Assembly: GCA_964016885.1 (NCBI GenBank)
Contig: OZ024740.1
Span: 394,754,001-394,818,000 of the forward strand
Length of the DNA: 64,000 nt
Direction: 5' to 3'
From: Eledone cirrhosa
Taxonomy: Eukaryota
Below are positions 40,135 to 54,846 of this stretch, piece by piece (the stretch's first letter is position 1; each line of letters begins with the position of its first letter). The notes beneath the pieces are model-generated. The model searched no databases. It worked only from the letters and a program-made list of their open reading frames with translations, and was not told the origin of the DNA. The translations under genes and the position numbers were made by a program.

Positions 40135-40570
40135 AAGTTTAGGTTATAGAGTTTTGTGTTGGATTGTAACGTACAGATTAGATTAACGGTTATAAGGTCG
40201 GGTTGTAGGATTTAGGTTAGTTTAGTGGGATGCACATTAGCTTGTAGGAGAAATACGAAAGCATGTGGATTATAGGTTGGCTTGCGGATTATAGATTACT
40301 TTATAAGTTATATGTTACCTTGTGGTTAGAGATTACAAACTTAATATAGGTGTACAGGTTGGCTTATGAATTATATGTTGGCTTGTAGTGTATAGATTGG
40401 TTTGTCAATTATAGATTGGCTTTTGAGTTATAGGTTGGCTCCAGAGGCATAGATTAACCTATGGGCGACAGGCTGGTTAGTAGTGTATATGTTGGCTTGT
40501 GATATTTAGGTCGTTCTTTTATATAGGTTTACATATTGATTATAGGCAACCTTGTGAACTATAGGTTCAT
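40135..40570. repeat. Degenerate ~19-bp tandem repeat (ATAGGTTGGCTTGTRGATT-like)
   Basis: Recurrent TATAGGTTGGCTT / TATAGATTGG units. Confidence 0.7.
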
Positions 40571-40629
40571 TATATATTTTATTTGCTTGAGGACAGCAAA
40601 AATAAATCTTTTTAAAACTGTCCTAAAGA

Positions 40630-41202
40630 CAGCAGTTCTTTTGTGAAGGGGAAAAGTTGATAATGTCGACCCAAGTATTTAATTGATACTTTATTTTACT
40701 ACAGAAGGATGAAAGGCAAAGTTGACCTTCACGGGATTTGAATTCAAAACGTAAAGGGCTGGCATAAATGTTGCTAAACGTTTGTCCGACACTCTAACGA
40801 TTCTGCCAATACAACGGATTCTAATTTAGGCACGGGACTAACAATTTGAGGTGGAGAAAGTCGATTACATCGATCACAGTACTTGACTGTCACCTTATTT
40901 CATTATTTATCTACTCTGGAAGGATGAAATGTGAAGGTGACCTCTGTGCAATTTGAATTCAGAATAGAAAGAGCTAGAACAAATACCACAAAGCATTTTG
41001 TCTTGCGTATTTATAATGCTAATTATAATTCCTTATATAGATACAAGGTCGGGAATTTTGAGGCGAATATAGATGATTATATTCTCTCTAGTACTTGATT
41101 TCACCCAAATTTGAGTTGGGCAGGATATGAATGCAGAACATAAAGGGCCATAGCTAAGTACCAACCGACATTTTCTTTGGCGATGTTATTATTCAGCCAA
41201 TA
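40630..41202 (-). mobile_element. Three adjacent decayed SINE family A copies
   Basis: Repeated GAAGGATGAAA..GACCT..TTGAATTCA motifs at ~40700, ~40920 and ~41120. Confidence 0.7.
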
Positions 41203-41714
41203 CATGACACTAAAACTAAATGCTATAATATTTACGTTCTACGCCGTACCTTGAACGTTATCTCCAAAAACCCTGTCCAGGGCACCACCGTTTGCATTAG
41301 GAAGCATTTCCTCCTTGTAAGAGAAACTACCATGTGGATATCAAGTTAAATTACTAATAAGGCCGACCAGTTCTGAATTTACAACTATTATCGTTGTTGC
41401 ATACTCTCCAACACAACCCTTAATCGAGAAAACCTTAGTTAATGAGTATTTATTTTATTAGGAAGAAAGCCTGAGCTCAAATGCACCTTTGGGCAGAGAA
41501 GGAGAAAAATTAATACAACTATAACAAGATAGAAACGAAAATAAATAAATAAAACGAAGAATGCAGAAATATCAAAGTTAAATAGCAGGAAATGTACATT
41601 ATAATTTGAACATTAACTGAAATTGAAACAGAAATTAGAATATTCCAAAATCATGTATTTGTATGTAGAGACCTATATATCTGCGTTTGTGTGCATGTGT
41701 GATTGTTTGAGTGC

Positions 41715-41753
<39 letters not shown>

Positions 41754-41768
41754 TGCGTGTGCGCGCGC

Positions 41769-41866
<98 letters not shown>

Positions 41867-42374
41867 TTGTTTGTGTACGTGCGTGCGTGCATGTAGCCAA
41901 AGATGGTTAAATAACAACGAGACGTGTTTTCTTCACTTTTCCTTTTTTCTCCCTCCTCTGCCTTCCAACTTTCTTCCCTTTCCCAAACATTCTATCTTCT
42001 CACTGCATCTTTCAATGAGTGACTAGCGCTCCAAACGTTACGTCATTTTCCAACTCCTTAAACGCATTACACAAATATACAGTTATTGTCAAATTGTTTT
42101 TCAACCTTTCATTGTCGATAAAAAGGTACCAGTCCAGTACTGGAGTCGATTCTTCCTCTATATCCCTTTCTCCCTTCCATTTTAGCAATCTCCACACACC
42201 CCTCTCTATCGTTTGGAAATAATCGATTGTGTCAATCCCTAGAGAGTAGGTGGGTTCCGCCAGATTTTAAAAAAATGCCCAAGAAACGCTTTATGCTTCT
42301 ACGGCTCCCCCACGTCTCTACTAGGAGTGACGGGTACACACACGCACACACACACACATACACACACATATATA

Positions 42375-42500
42375 AATAGTGTATGTGATTCAGCGAATTC
42401 TATGTACGGGCAGAGTATATATAATAAGAAAAACGATAAAGTTTCGTTTACGTGTATTTATGTCTTTATTGTATATCGACATGTTACGTGCGTTTCACAG
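42375..42500 (-). mobile_element. PLE-like 3' terminus with a hammerhead 3' half; sister fragment at 18091-18165
   Basis: Reverse complement GAAACGCACGTA-ACATGTCGATATACAATAAA..GTAAACGAAACT..TTATTATATATACTCTG. Confidence 0.55.
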
Positions 42501-42973
42501 AGAATTGACTCAAGGTCATCCATGGAAGTTATGGAGCTGACTCCAGAAAATTTATGTCTCTGTCCACACGTATGAACATGCACCAATCTTGTATCTTCAC
42601 TTACATCAGTAACATACTGGGCCGGCTCATCTTCCAGTAACGTCCAAAAGAGCCTCGATGCCTGTGATGATTCTACCAATTATAAAGAGAAGAAAACCAT
42701 CCCACAAACATCCTAACTTCTTGGAGTGGGATGGATAGTTTTGATATGGTCATGGGTGGAACACTTTTGTTTATTGATCTGTTCAACGGGGAATAACTGA
42801 CATGGGGGATAAGCAGCAAAAGAACGGTAAATTGGAATGTATAGAAACTTCGAACCTTATAAGGTCGAGGCTGCTTTATGATAAACCCAAATTTGGGACT
42901 TAGCTTCGATTCTTGGTTAGATTCAGATGAAAACATGATTATTGCAAAATTATCCCGACTTCTAAATAGAAAC

Positions 42974-43060
42974 ATGGGAAGCTCTATGCGGTCGCTCGAC
43001 CTGCTAGAAATAGCAGCCTAACTTAAATGCCAAAACGCAAATCACACCCTCCGTTCATAT
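42974..43060 (+). mobile_element. Repeat family H head
   Basis: GGGAAGCTCTATGCGGTCGCTCGACCTGCTAGAAATAGCAGCC; an inverted copy lies at 43405-43617. Confidence 0.7.
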
Positions 43061-43846
43061 AAGAATCTTAGCTCTATCATTAACCCCCACCCCACCCTCA
43101 GCGAAAAACTTTGGCAGACGGCTAACTAAAGTGCATTTAAAACTTTTGACATCAGTAAGTTATAAATACAGTGAGTGGGTTATGATTAAGTAAAGCTTTC
43201 AAAGGTATTCTATTCTAAAGTCCACAGGAAGAAGTAAACTCTTTTAATGATGATTATAACCAATAGCTAGTTGTCTTTTAACTAGACCCCGGCAATCAAA
43301 GGTATTCTAGCTGCAACTATTTTTTCAGATATAATATATTTTGAATTATATTGTCATCTGTATGATGTAATTTAATTTTAAAATGGCCGGATGGGATTTG
43401 GTTGTTGTTGTTATTGTTGTGAACCTCTGGTCATCACTGCTCCAGCAAATTTATGCGTTCCGACCGTCATCATTCCGTTTTTTTTTACTTATATGCAGAG
43501 GGCGCAGAACAACATTATCAAATACATCATTTCTATAGAGATTTGGGTGTGATTTGAATATTTCTCTGCTATCTCGAGCAAATCGAGCAACCGCATAGAG
43601 ACTCCCACATTGCTTCGTAATAGCTTAAGTTTCAAATTTGGGAGTTTTAAGGAAATGATGGTAATATCTCAAGTCATATCTTAAAAACAGTGATTTAACA
43701 AAGACAATCCTATCTTGACAAGTAAAATATTTGATAAGGCAAACAAAGATTAATTAGTTCTCAACGATATTTTTCTTCTTTACATATTCTTTCACGTTGT
43801 ACTGTACTTGGAGCAGTTTTCGGGTGGTTTAACTACTATAGAGAAG

Positions 43847-44113
43847 AGTCGATCGACTTTCGTCAAAGCGGACCGAGGAAACAATGCTTCCGTTTGTCTT
43901 TCCAATTGCTAATACTATCTATCGGAAATAAAGTGCAAAAGGAGCCACATGAAATAATACTATCTATCGGTCGCAACGTGAAATAAAGTATCGAAGGTGC
44001 AACGTGAAATAAAGTGTCTTGCTCAAGGACATAACGTATCACCCGGTCCAGGAATCGAACTGACAACCTCACGATTGCGAATGCAGTTCTCTAACCAATC
44101 AGCCACACGCCTT
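43847..44113 (-). mobile_element. SINE family B
   Basis: Reverse complement has a GTTCGATTCC B box and the CORE-like GTCCTTGAGCAAGACAC. Confidence 0.85.
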
Positions 44114-44665
44114 AACTAGTATAGCAGTTGCTTTTTGTTTGTTTTTGTTGTTGTTTTTAATAAGAAAATGTTACTAACTCCTCGTGAAACTCTACAACAT
44201 TTGTTGAGAACGAGATATGCTGAATTTAGACACAAGCTAAACGAGCTACAGCTTAGAACCTCATAATCCGCAGAGTCCTCAACGTAAAGAAAAGACACAT
44301 AAGTTTCACTATATAACACTAGTGTAATATTTTGATAATGAGCCTCAATGACATAGCCGATTAAAAGGAGAAATGAATCGCTTCCAGTACTTGACTGGTA
44401 CATTATTTATTGACGCCAGAGCATAAAAAGGTGAAGTTAACCCCAATGAGACTTGAACGCAAAGCTCACATACCGCAAAACATTCTATTCGACGCTCTAA
44501 CGACTCGTCTAATTCTGCATCTACAATAAACAGGGTTGAGTTAATTCCAGCTTTTGTACGGTTTCAAGGATGAGCCATAAATCACACCCTGACAGAAGGG
44601 CGTTACTAGGCTACCAAGCAAGAGAAATATTGTACCTATCTACTCTGACATTTTAATGACTGAAA

Positions 44666-44885
44666 CAATAATAGCGATTTCTAATATAAGCAGAACACCA
44701 GCAATTTGTAAGGTGGAGAAAGTCGATTACATCTAACCTAGTACGTGATTGGTACTTTATTATATGAACCACAGAAGGGTGGAAAGCAAAGCTGGCCACG
44801 GTGTTATTCGAATTTAGAAAGTAAAGAGCCGGAACGAATACCACTTGGCAGTTTGTTAGACGCTTAAAAGTTTCTGTCAATCCAG
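44666..44885 (-). mobile_element. SINE family A (older copy; another at 44385-44520)
   Basis: Diverged reverse-complement match. Confidence 0.7.
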
Positions 44886-45720
44886 CGTCCAAATAATCAT
44901 AATCATATGAGTGTGTAAAGGGGGTAGATGTGTGAGTGTGAATGAGATCGCACTTGAGCGTTGCTGGTAAGAAGTAACCCGGTACAACCTGTTACAGGTT
45001 TGGATTGTTAGCGATTAAACCATCAGCCCCACCCATCCTGCTTGGTGAAGTGGGGGATTTTTGAACACCTTGTGGAATGAAAAACAAGTCCTGCCAATAC
45101 TTGTTCATATATATGTGAAGTTATATTTTTATGTATAAACACATGAGTTAAGGATACTTGAAACTGGCGGTAGTCGTTGGTCATCTTATTTCGTTTTTTC
45201 GTGTTGCTAGTTTAACGGCTTCAAATATTTAGAGAAAGGTTATTGTGTCACACAAACATTTAACATTTACCGCTATAAAATCTGATGCGTAAACACTTTT
45301 GCGTACATTGCTTTTAGCAACACCCTACGCCATCCAGCCCACGTCGAGTCACGGGTATATTTGAGCCACATAAGAGACGGTGGGAAATGTCCATCTCTTA
45401 TGTGGCTCAAATATACTCGTGTCTTGAGGTGCGCTGTGATACAGCACCGTGATGCAGATCGCTGTATCACGGGCGTGTGTGACAATGAAATAAAACCAAT
45501 TCGATAGTTGCGTCACTGAAGTATAATGTAGGAAGAAGTTGTAACTTTTCGACCGCCAGTAGTGATGCATCCTACAATGAAGTTGGTATATGATTGAGAG
45601 CCCATTACGGGGAGGCAGTGCATCGTTAAAGGGAAGAAAGGAAGGGTGCAACAAGTGATCATGATATACACAATAGGGAGTTAATAGTCAACACAGACAC
45701 ACACACATTATATATATATA

Positions 45721-45912
45721 TTGTTATACTATGGGAGGGTCATGTTGCCAATAAGAAACATACGCACCATTTGCTTTCACTTCAATTTATTATAAATTGC
45801 CAGTTGGTGCGTGTGTTTCATATTGGCAACATGACCCTCCCAAAGTATAACAATATCGGTTTGAACACACGTGTTCAGATAAAGAATCTTGCTAAACAAA
45901 TTAAAAAACGAA
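45721..45912 (+). mobile_element. Terminus-only copy of the PLE at 33278-35876
   Basis: Arms 45721-45769 / 45805-45853 and tail 45857-45912 are near-identical to 33278-33410. Confidence 0.9.
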
Positions 45913-45925
45913 ATATATATATATA

Positions 45926-46913
45926 CTAGCAGTAAAGCCCGGCGTTGCTCGGGGTCGCTCAGTAGCTGTGTTAAAGTTACAATGTTAAGTTTCTTTCTTG
46001 GCTTAAAAACTGTAGTGTCTACTGTGCAGACTTGCATGTGGTGTTTTTGATTAATATTCCCTCAACCAACAATATGCCTTATGAAGTTAAGAAAACATAA
46101 CGATAACCCGAATGTTATAACAAAAGAGGATGCTGGGGATAGAAACTGCACTGGTTATTTATTAACAAAGATCGAAAATGTAAACACTGCAACGCAGAGA
46201 AAAACATGAGCGTAACCAAATTATCAGTTATGTCTGTCTGCACGCCTATATCACCTCTCTGCACGACTGTCTGTCTGCACGCCTATATCACCTCTCTGCA
46301 CGACTGTCTGTCTGCACGCCTAACGACGAAATATTTGCTTGTTTTACGTAGTCTTTAAATAGACTTGTTTTCAAGTAAAAATATTGTTTTAAAATGCTTT
46401 TAAATGGAAATGAAGCAAAACGGGGTCGCTCAGTAGCTGTGTTAAAGTTACAATGTTAAGTTTCTTTTTTGGCTTAAAAACTGTAGTGTCTACTGTGCAG
46501 ACTTGCATGTGGTGTTTTTGATTAATATTCCCTCAACCAACAATATGCCTTATCAAGTTAAGAAAACATAACGATAACCCGAATGTTATAACAAAAGAGG
46601 ATGCTGGGGATAAAAACTGCACTGGTTATTTATTAACAAAGACTGAGAAAGCCAGCGTAATTTTTTACGTAAGACGCTCAATGTAAACAGAACAAAGGGA
46701 AATAACTGATAACTTACGCTCAAAAATCGATACATTATATTCGATTTCGTCACATAGGGTGGGTCAATTTGAAATTTTTTTTTTTCTGATGTCTTCGCTA
46801 GGGCTCAATGTACAAGTATAGCAATTTCGGTGCAATTCCGTGAGAGATTCTAAGAGGAGATGTGTGCCAAAAATCGATAGACAGACAGACAACCACAGTT
46901 TTATATATATAGA
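45926..46913 (-). mobile_element. Non-autonomous Helitron
   Basis: A|TCTATATATATAAAA 5' end, CCCGAGCAACGCCGGG hairpin then CTAG|T 3' end, no TSD; internal ~225-bp duplication and a 37-bp x2.5 tandem. Confidence 0.85.
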
Positions 46914-47215
46914 TTGCGTAGTTAAGGTGTTTGTTTTGCAACCATGTAGGCCGGACTTCAGCACTTCCTTTGACTACAGCTTCAGGTTGAGTGGAATTTG
47001 GTAGGCAGATACAGCAGAATATCATCTATATGAGTGTGTCCGCATTTATATTCATGCCTGTTTTTGTGTCCCGTAACTTAGCGTTTCGACAAACAATTTC
47101 AATAAAATAAGTTCAAGACTTGAAAACATAAGTACTGCAGCCGATATGATTAACTAAATCAAGACAGTGCCTCTAGAAGCTAGGAAATGTATAAAAATAT
47201 ACTATACACACACAC

Positions 47216-47249
<34 letters not shown>

Positions 47250-47252
<3 letters not shown>

Positions 47253-47820
47253 TATGTATGTATACGTACATACATATATGTATACAGACGTACAGTAGCA
47301 TGTATATATATACATACAGGCACACATATATATATGCACGTATCAGTTTACCGAACATTTATTATAATGCTCGGTTTGTTCGTTTGTAAACAAACAAACA
47401 GCCTGAATTACGCCGTACAGTGTTTCGGCAACCACGTCACCTTTTTGTTCAACACTGACACAGGAACGATGTACTAGTTTCAAGCTTATTAGCTATCGTC
47501 AGCACCGTATACCTTTCTGCCAGATGGTTGAACGTCCGAAAGTGTATACTTTCATTATGAAAATTAACGGATGAGCACCCTAATTTGCATATCGAGTGAG
47601 TTCAGTCGGCCAGGCGCACCGAAAACGAACAAACCGAGCATTATAATAAATGTTCGGTAAACTGATACGTGCATATATATATGTGTGCCTGTATGTATAT
47701 ATATACATGCTACTGTACGTCTGTATACATATATGTATGTACGTATACATACATACTTACATTTAAGTAAGTGCCGTACTAAGAGTGAGAAATGAAATTT
47801 CGTTTCATTCTATTCCATTT
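47250..47820 (+). mobile_element. Hairpin+tail mini-element with ~135-bp perfect arms and a hammerhead
   Basis: 47250-47385 is the reverse complement of 47623-47758; ~60-nt tail; a second copy of the 3' part runs to the window end. Confidence 0.8.
47466..47508 (-). ncRNA. Minimal type I hammerhead ribozyme
   Basis: ACGGUG-CUGACGA-UAGCU AAUA AGCUU-GAAA-CUAG-UA^CAUCGU with palindromic stem III ACUAGU. Confidence 0.8.
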
Positions 47821-48764
47821 ATATATATATATATATATGTCACGCATATATACATACATACACACACACATTATGTATATATGTATATATGTATATATAT
47901 ATGTGTGGGGGGTGCGCGTGCGCGCGTGCGTGTGTGTGCGTGTGTGTGTGTGCATGTGTGTGTGTGTATTTCAGTATTTGCTAATTATCTCAAGAAAAAT
48001 GGAAAGAAATCTAATACATCTTAGAAACTATAAATATATTGGTTGCTAGTTACGGAAACAATAACACTATCAACAGGTATCTGTTACTGATATTTAGGCC
48101 TAGTTCATATCCCCATATGGCCTACTTGAGTGGTAGGCTTAATCTCTCACTTGGTTTAACACGACCACCTGGTCCTTCATCGCTTTCTTTCACCAGTCTT
48201 GAAAGCCCTGTAGAAGGTCATTCATCGTCCCCTCTCTTCCCCGTTGACTGAGCGATAAAAGATGTCCTGACCAAGCAGGCCTCTGAGCAGAGGCTTTACA
48301 GCCGTGACTATCGCATCTTTTGAAGACTGTCCACAATTTCATTATATAATATGTCTTTCCAATCTTCTAAAGACGATATGATGTGGTTTGAAGGGTGTCT
48401 TTCTCTGACATATCCAAAAGGCCGTACAACCACCTAGTGAACAATATATAATTCCATTGTTGAATTCATTTTACATTTCTGCTCGAAAAATAATCATGAG
48501 CAACAGTGATTGATTGTACGTTAATTTAACTGCAAGCAGAAGTTGAAAATCTAGGCCAGTCAGTAATCAAGTATGCACACCTGCAAAGCAAGCAACACTT
48601 CATATGTTATTTTATTAGATATTTTTGAAGTTTTTTTTAATACGTATTATATCGCATGACCAACGAACGAACTCCCACCTGGTCACTCGACCTGCTAGAA
48701 ATGGTAGTCAAATCTCCCATAATTCACACTATAACGTCGTAAGAAAAAGGAATGCATTAGATAG

Positions 48765-48950
48765 ATAATTGTTTCTACTTTTGACACAAGGCCAGCAATT
48801 ACGTCGGTGAATTACTGGTACTTTATTTTATCGACCCCGCAAGGATGAAAGGCAAGGTTAAGCTCGGCGAGATTTGAACTCAGACCGTACATGGGCGTAA
48901 CTCTATGTTACAAATCATGGCGTCCGACCCTTTACCGATACTGCCAATCC
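48765..48950 (-). mobile_element. SINE family A inserted inside a family H repeat (48660-49076)
   Basis: Reverse-complement match to 6757-6948; family H head lies upstream and its AAC tail downstream. Confidence 0.8.
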
Positions 48951-50982
48951 AATGTAATGCTAAATGCCCTGTCTCTGGAAAAAAACCAAAAAGGACTGAA
49001 TGGTCACGTCCGGAATGCTTTATGATCATTGGTCTGCTACATGAAAACTGACCTAGTGACTAAACAATAACAACAAAGATGACTAGATCACCCCCTATCC
49101 CCTAGTTGGCAACGAGGTTTGAATACAAAATATCACACAAGAGCTACCAAAAAAAAAAAAAATAACATGCAATTATATGAATTTTGTTACTACACGAATT
49201 AGTATATTAAGAACATATGAATCATAACACACAGGATGGTAAATATAAATCCAGGAAGTAAATTTAAAATGTAACATTTTTTCATAGTATTTTCAAATAT
49301 CTTCTAACATTATCCCACTCTATTTATCCCCTGTCAGAGCATGCTTGTGTTTTGTTTGTTAGTTTTTAGGAATGGGAGGGTTATGCCGGACATGTTTGAC
49401 AAACTATAATAGTCGGTCGGTAACGTCTATAAATAAATAGCTGAAATGACATGTGTGTGAAAAAAAAAAAAGTTCAACTACAGCGCATAACGGGACACTA
49501 GCAACCACCCCTGCCTGACCTTAACCTCCAGTAGCTAGTTATTAAGAACGAACTGTGCTGATTTGTAATCTAATATGGGTCTTTCTAGCAAGTACTATGT
49601 CACTGTCCATCAACTCACATCGGCAGGTGGCTCATTCATATGGAGAGGGAAACACTTTTAAAAAGATTTAGATAGAATAAGAAATACAATAAAATAGAGA
49701 AAAAGAATAAATACTACTCGCTAATTTAATTAAAATAAGAAAAATAAAATATATAATCTAACAAATAGCTAAGGATAAGTGTCAGTTTTTGTTGTTTTTT
49801 TCATGAAAAGGCAAATATATAAATGGTATTTCCACACATACCAAACCACTCAAGACGAGTAAGTGTATAAATAAAAGGTAACACGTTGTTTAAACTACAT
49901 TTTTTAAAAATTCTGTCTGTAAAATAATAGCCATTACTTAAAAGTCACTCGTTAACTACCTAGAAATAAGCAAGTGATATTCTTCTTAAGATGAGTACAA
50001 CGCTTCATATCTTTATTCAAACAAATCAGCAAGGAATTCTACGAGGTCAAATAGCAGCCAAATTTGCCTCATATTACAATCTATTGTCTTACAAGAAAGG
50101 AAAGACATTTGAACATATTTGATCTAAATAAAACTTTTCAAACTCTTTTCACTATAGGTTTGTTAGAGAAGATTAACTAAGGGAAGGAAACGTTGGATGC
50201 TGTAATATTCATGAAAGTTTAGCTACGACTGAATTAAAAAAGAATGATTACAACAGGCTATCAAGACCATGTCTTCCTTCAATGTTCACAACTTTCAATG
50301 ACATAATTGAAATACACATGTTTCTGGAATAGTAACAGGAAAAAAGAGGGAAACGAAAGAACAGAAATATTTTGCATACTTACACTGAAATATCACGTTC
50401 ATTCCAATTTAGGATGAATGATGCGCTTTTTTTTATTGGAGGGGGGAGGGGTTCTCTGTTTTAAAATAATCCATTGAATAACATTCGAGAAGAAAAGGCC
50501 AATCTCTTCAATATCAACATCTCCTTCAAGAAATGTTTATAATTATTGGTTTGGTTTTAAAACATCTTATAAATATTTTTTATGCATAACCTGTGTCATT
50601 TAGTATAACATTTTGAAAAGACCAAAAAGAAAAAAAAGGCAAGAAAATTCTTTCATATTGAAATAAATCTTTTATACATGTATTTACATATTTGACATCA
50701 TCAGTTGCATATATCGTCTTATATATAGCATGTCCACATGGTATATATATATATGTGTGTGTTTGGGTGTTTGAAATTTTGAGTTTTTTGCCATATTGTT
50801 TCTTTTTTTCTCTTGTTTCCTCTTGGATTCAAGAAATCGGTTTGTTGATAAATTTATTTTTCAGTTTGTTTTGTGTTTCTGTTATTTCTATTTTTATTAT
50901 TTTATATATATATTTTTTTTCATTTTCATTTTCAACATCATCACAGTTCATTTTATTTGCTATGTAAAATATTACCCTAGAC

Positions 50983-52540
<1,558 letters not shown>

Positions 52541-53074
52541 TATATATTACGTTCATATCTTATCACATCGTCACAACAATAGCAATATAGCCACTGAAAC
52601 GAAGCAAGTTTTATGACATAAGTTGGTTTCAAAACAAAACAAACAAAAAAAAAAAAAATAAATAAAAGATAACGAGTGACACAAAAATACGATGCTTAGT
52701 TAATTGATGAAGGCTGCAGCGTATATATTGAAAAATAACGAAGGCTTCACTTAAAACAAAATTGAATACCTTAAATATGATTCATCTTTAGGTAGATAAT
52801 ATATTTTCATTTGTGTGTCTAGGTAGTTATTTATTTGTTATATTTCATTTGATTTGCTTTGTTTTATAACGGCGGGGATAAAATGACATTTCATATGATT
52901 ATGGTTGAAGGAAAAAAAAAATATTTAAAATGGCGGGAAATTTCAAATAAACGCATACAAAACAAATATGCTAATATAAACTTGCTCCATTTCATTTAGT
53001 TTCCGCATTGTTTATCTTTGATTATCAAACAATATAGTTAATTACCCTCGACAATATCGTATCATCAACAGATT

Positions 53075-53075
53075 A

Positions 53076-53111
<36 letters not shown>

Positions 53112-53216
53112 GACATACACATACACACACGTACATACATCTATGTGTATGTATGTATACACATATAAATATATGTACACTCATATGCATATATACATAC
53201 ATATATAATATACATA

Positions 53217-53275
<59 letters not shown>

Positions 53276-53795
53276 ACATATATATGTGTATATGTATATA
53301 TATATATATGCATGTATATATATTTATATATATATGTCTATATACATGCATATATGCATATATATATATACATATATATGCATATGTGTGTACATATGCA
53401 TATATATATATGTATACATATGCATATATATGTGCGTGTATATGCATATGAACATATGTATATATATATATATGTATATGTGCGTTTATATATATGTAGT
53501 TGTATATATACATATATAGATGTGTATATACATATATAGATGTTTATATACATATATATATGTATATATATACATGTATATATATATATGTATATATATA
53601 TACATGTATATATATATATGTATATATATATACGTGTATATATAAATATGTATATATATATACGTGTATATATATATATGTATGTATATACATGTATATA
53701 TACACGTATATATACACATATACATGTATATATACACGTATATATACATATTTAGATACATATATACATGTATATTTACATATATATATATATAT

Positions 53796-53842
<47 letters not shown>

Positions 53843-53856
53843 CATACATGTATGTA
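53075..53856. repeat. Degenerate TA/TG/CA microsatellite field
   Basis: Direct reading. Confidence 0.9.
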
Positions 53857-54761
53857 TGATGATAGATATTGATTCATACCAATACATATATTATATCATA
53901 TTTAAATATTTTTAAAATAAATAGATTCATAAATAATAACATAAATAAATGTAAAAGAAAATTTTTGATTGTTTAGCTGTGATTGTGATTGTTGATGTAA
54001 TTACAATGATTGTTAATTTTGCTGTTGTTGTTCATTGTTAATTCTCACCGATGATGATGTATGAACAGGAATGAATTGAATTGGTTGACAATCACAGCGG
54101 ATTGACGCATGATTGCCTGTCATTGGAAGGCGATTGAACCGATTATTTTAATTTTTGAATGCCTTACAAATATTTGTTTGTTAGTGGGCTATTTTTGCCG
54201 TAAATAATGTATGTATTATGTATATATGTATGTAGTTAGGTAGGTATGTAGGTAGGTATGCATGCATGTATGCACGCATGCATGTATGCACGCATGCATG
54301 TACAGGTGTGCCTGCACCTCGTCCTTTCAAACAGCACAGCCTCTGGTGCACACACATATATTCTATAATAAATGTATATATGTATAATATTGACGGAAAT
54401 AATAGACAAAACTATCGTCAAAGACGACAATATTATTTAACCCTAAACATAAATGTCTTCCTACATCTTCTAAAACATAACATTTGGTTAACACAACTAT
54501 CAATAGTTTCATTTTTAATCTATTCTTTCATTTTGATTTCCTAGTCTCTTTTGGAAACATGTTATTTTGTTTCCAACAGAAGAAATGATAAAGAAATTCT
54601 AAATAGTCCATCTTCGGGAATTTCTCTGGGTTTTCCATCTTTTTTTCTTTTTTTATCCTTTTTGAATTTAGACATAAATTCCTTTTTGTGACATCGCCCC
54701 CCCCCCCCCTTCTCTCTCTCGCACACACATACACACACTCACACACAATTATATATATATA

Positions 54762-54846
<85 letters not shown>

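Noticed and set aside
42975-43607. One 630-bp MITE with long TIRs
   Set aside because: The apparent TIRs are heads of family H repeats, which occur singly elsewhere; more likely separate opposite-orientation copies.
44040-44113. tRNA gene (A and B boxes)
   Set aside because: Runs into a multicopy SINE body and gives no complete cloverleaf.
46231-46322. 37-bp repeats as a CRISPR array
   Set aside because: Head-to-tail tandem units inside a Helitron, with no spacers.
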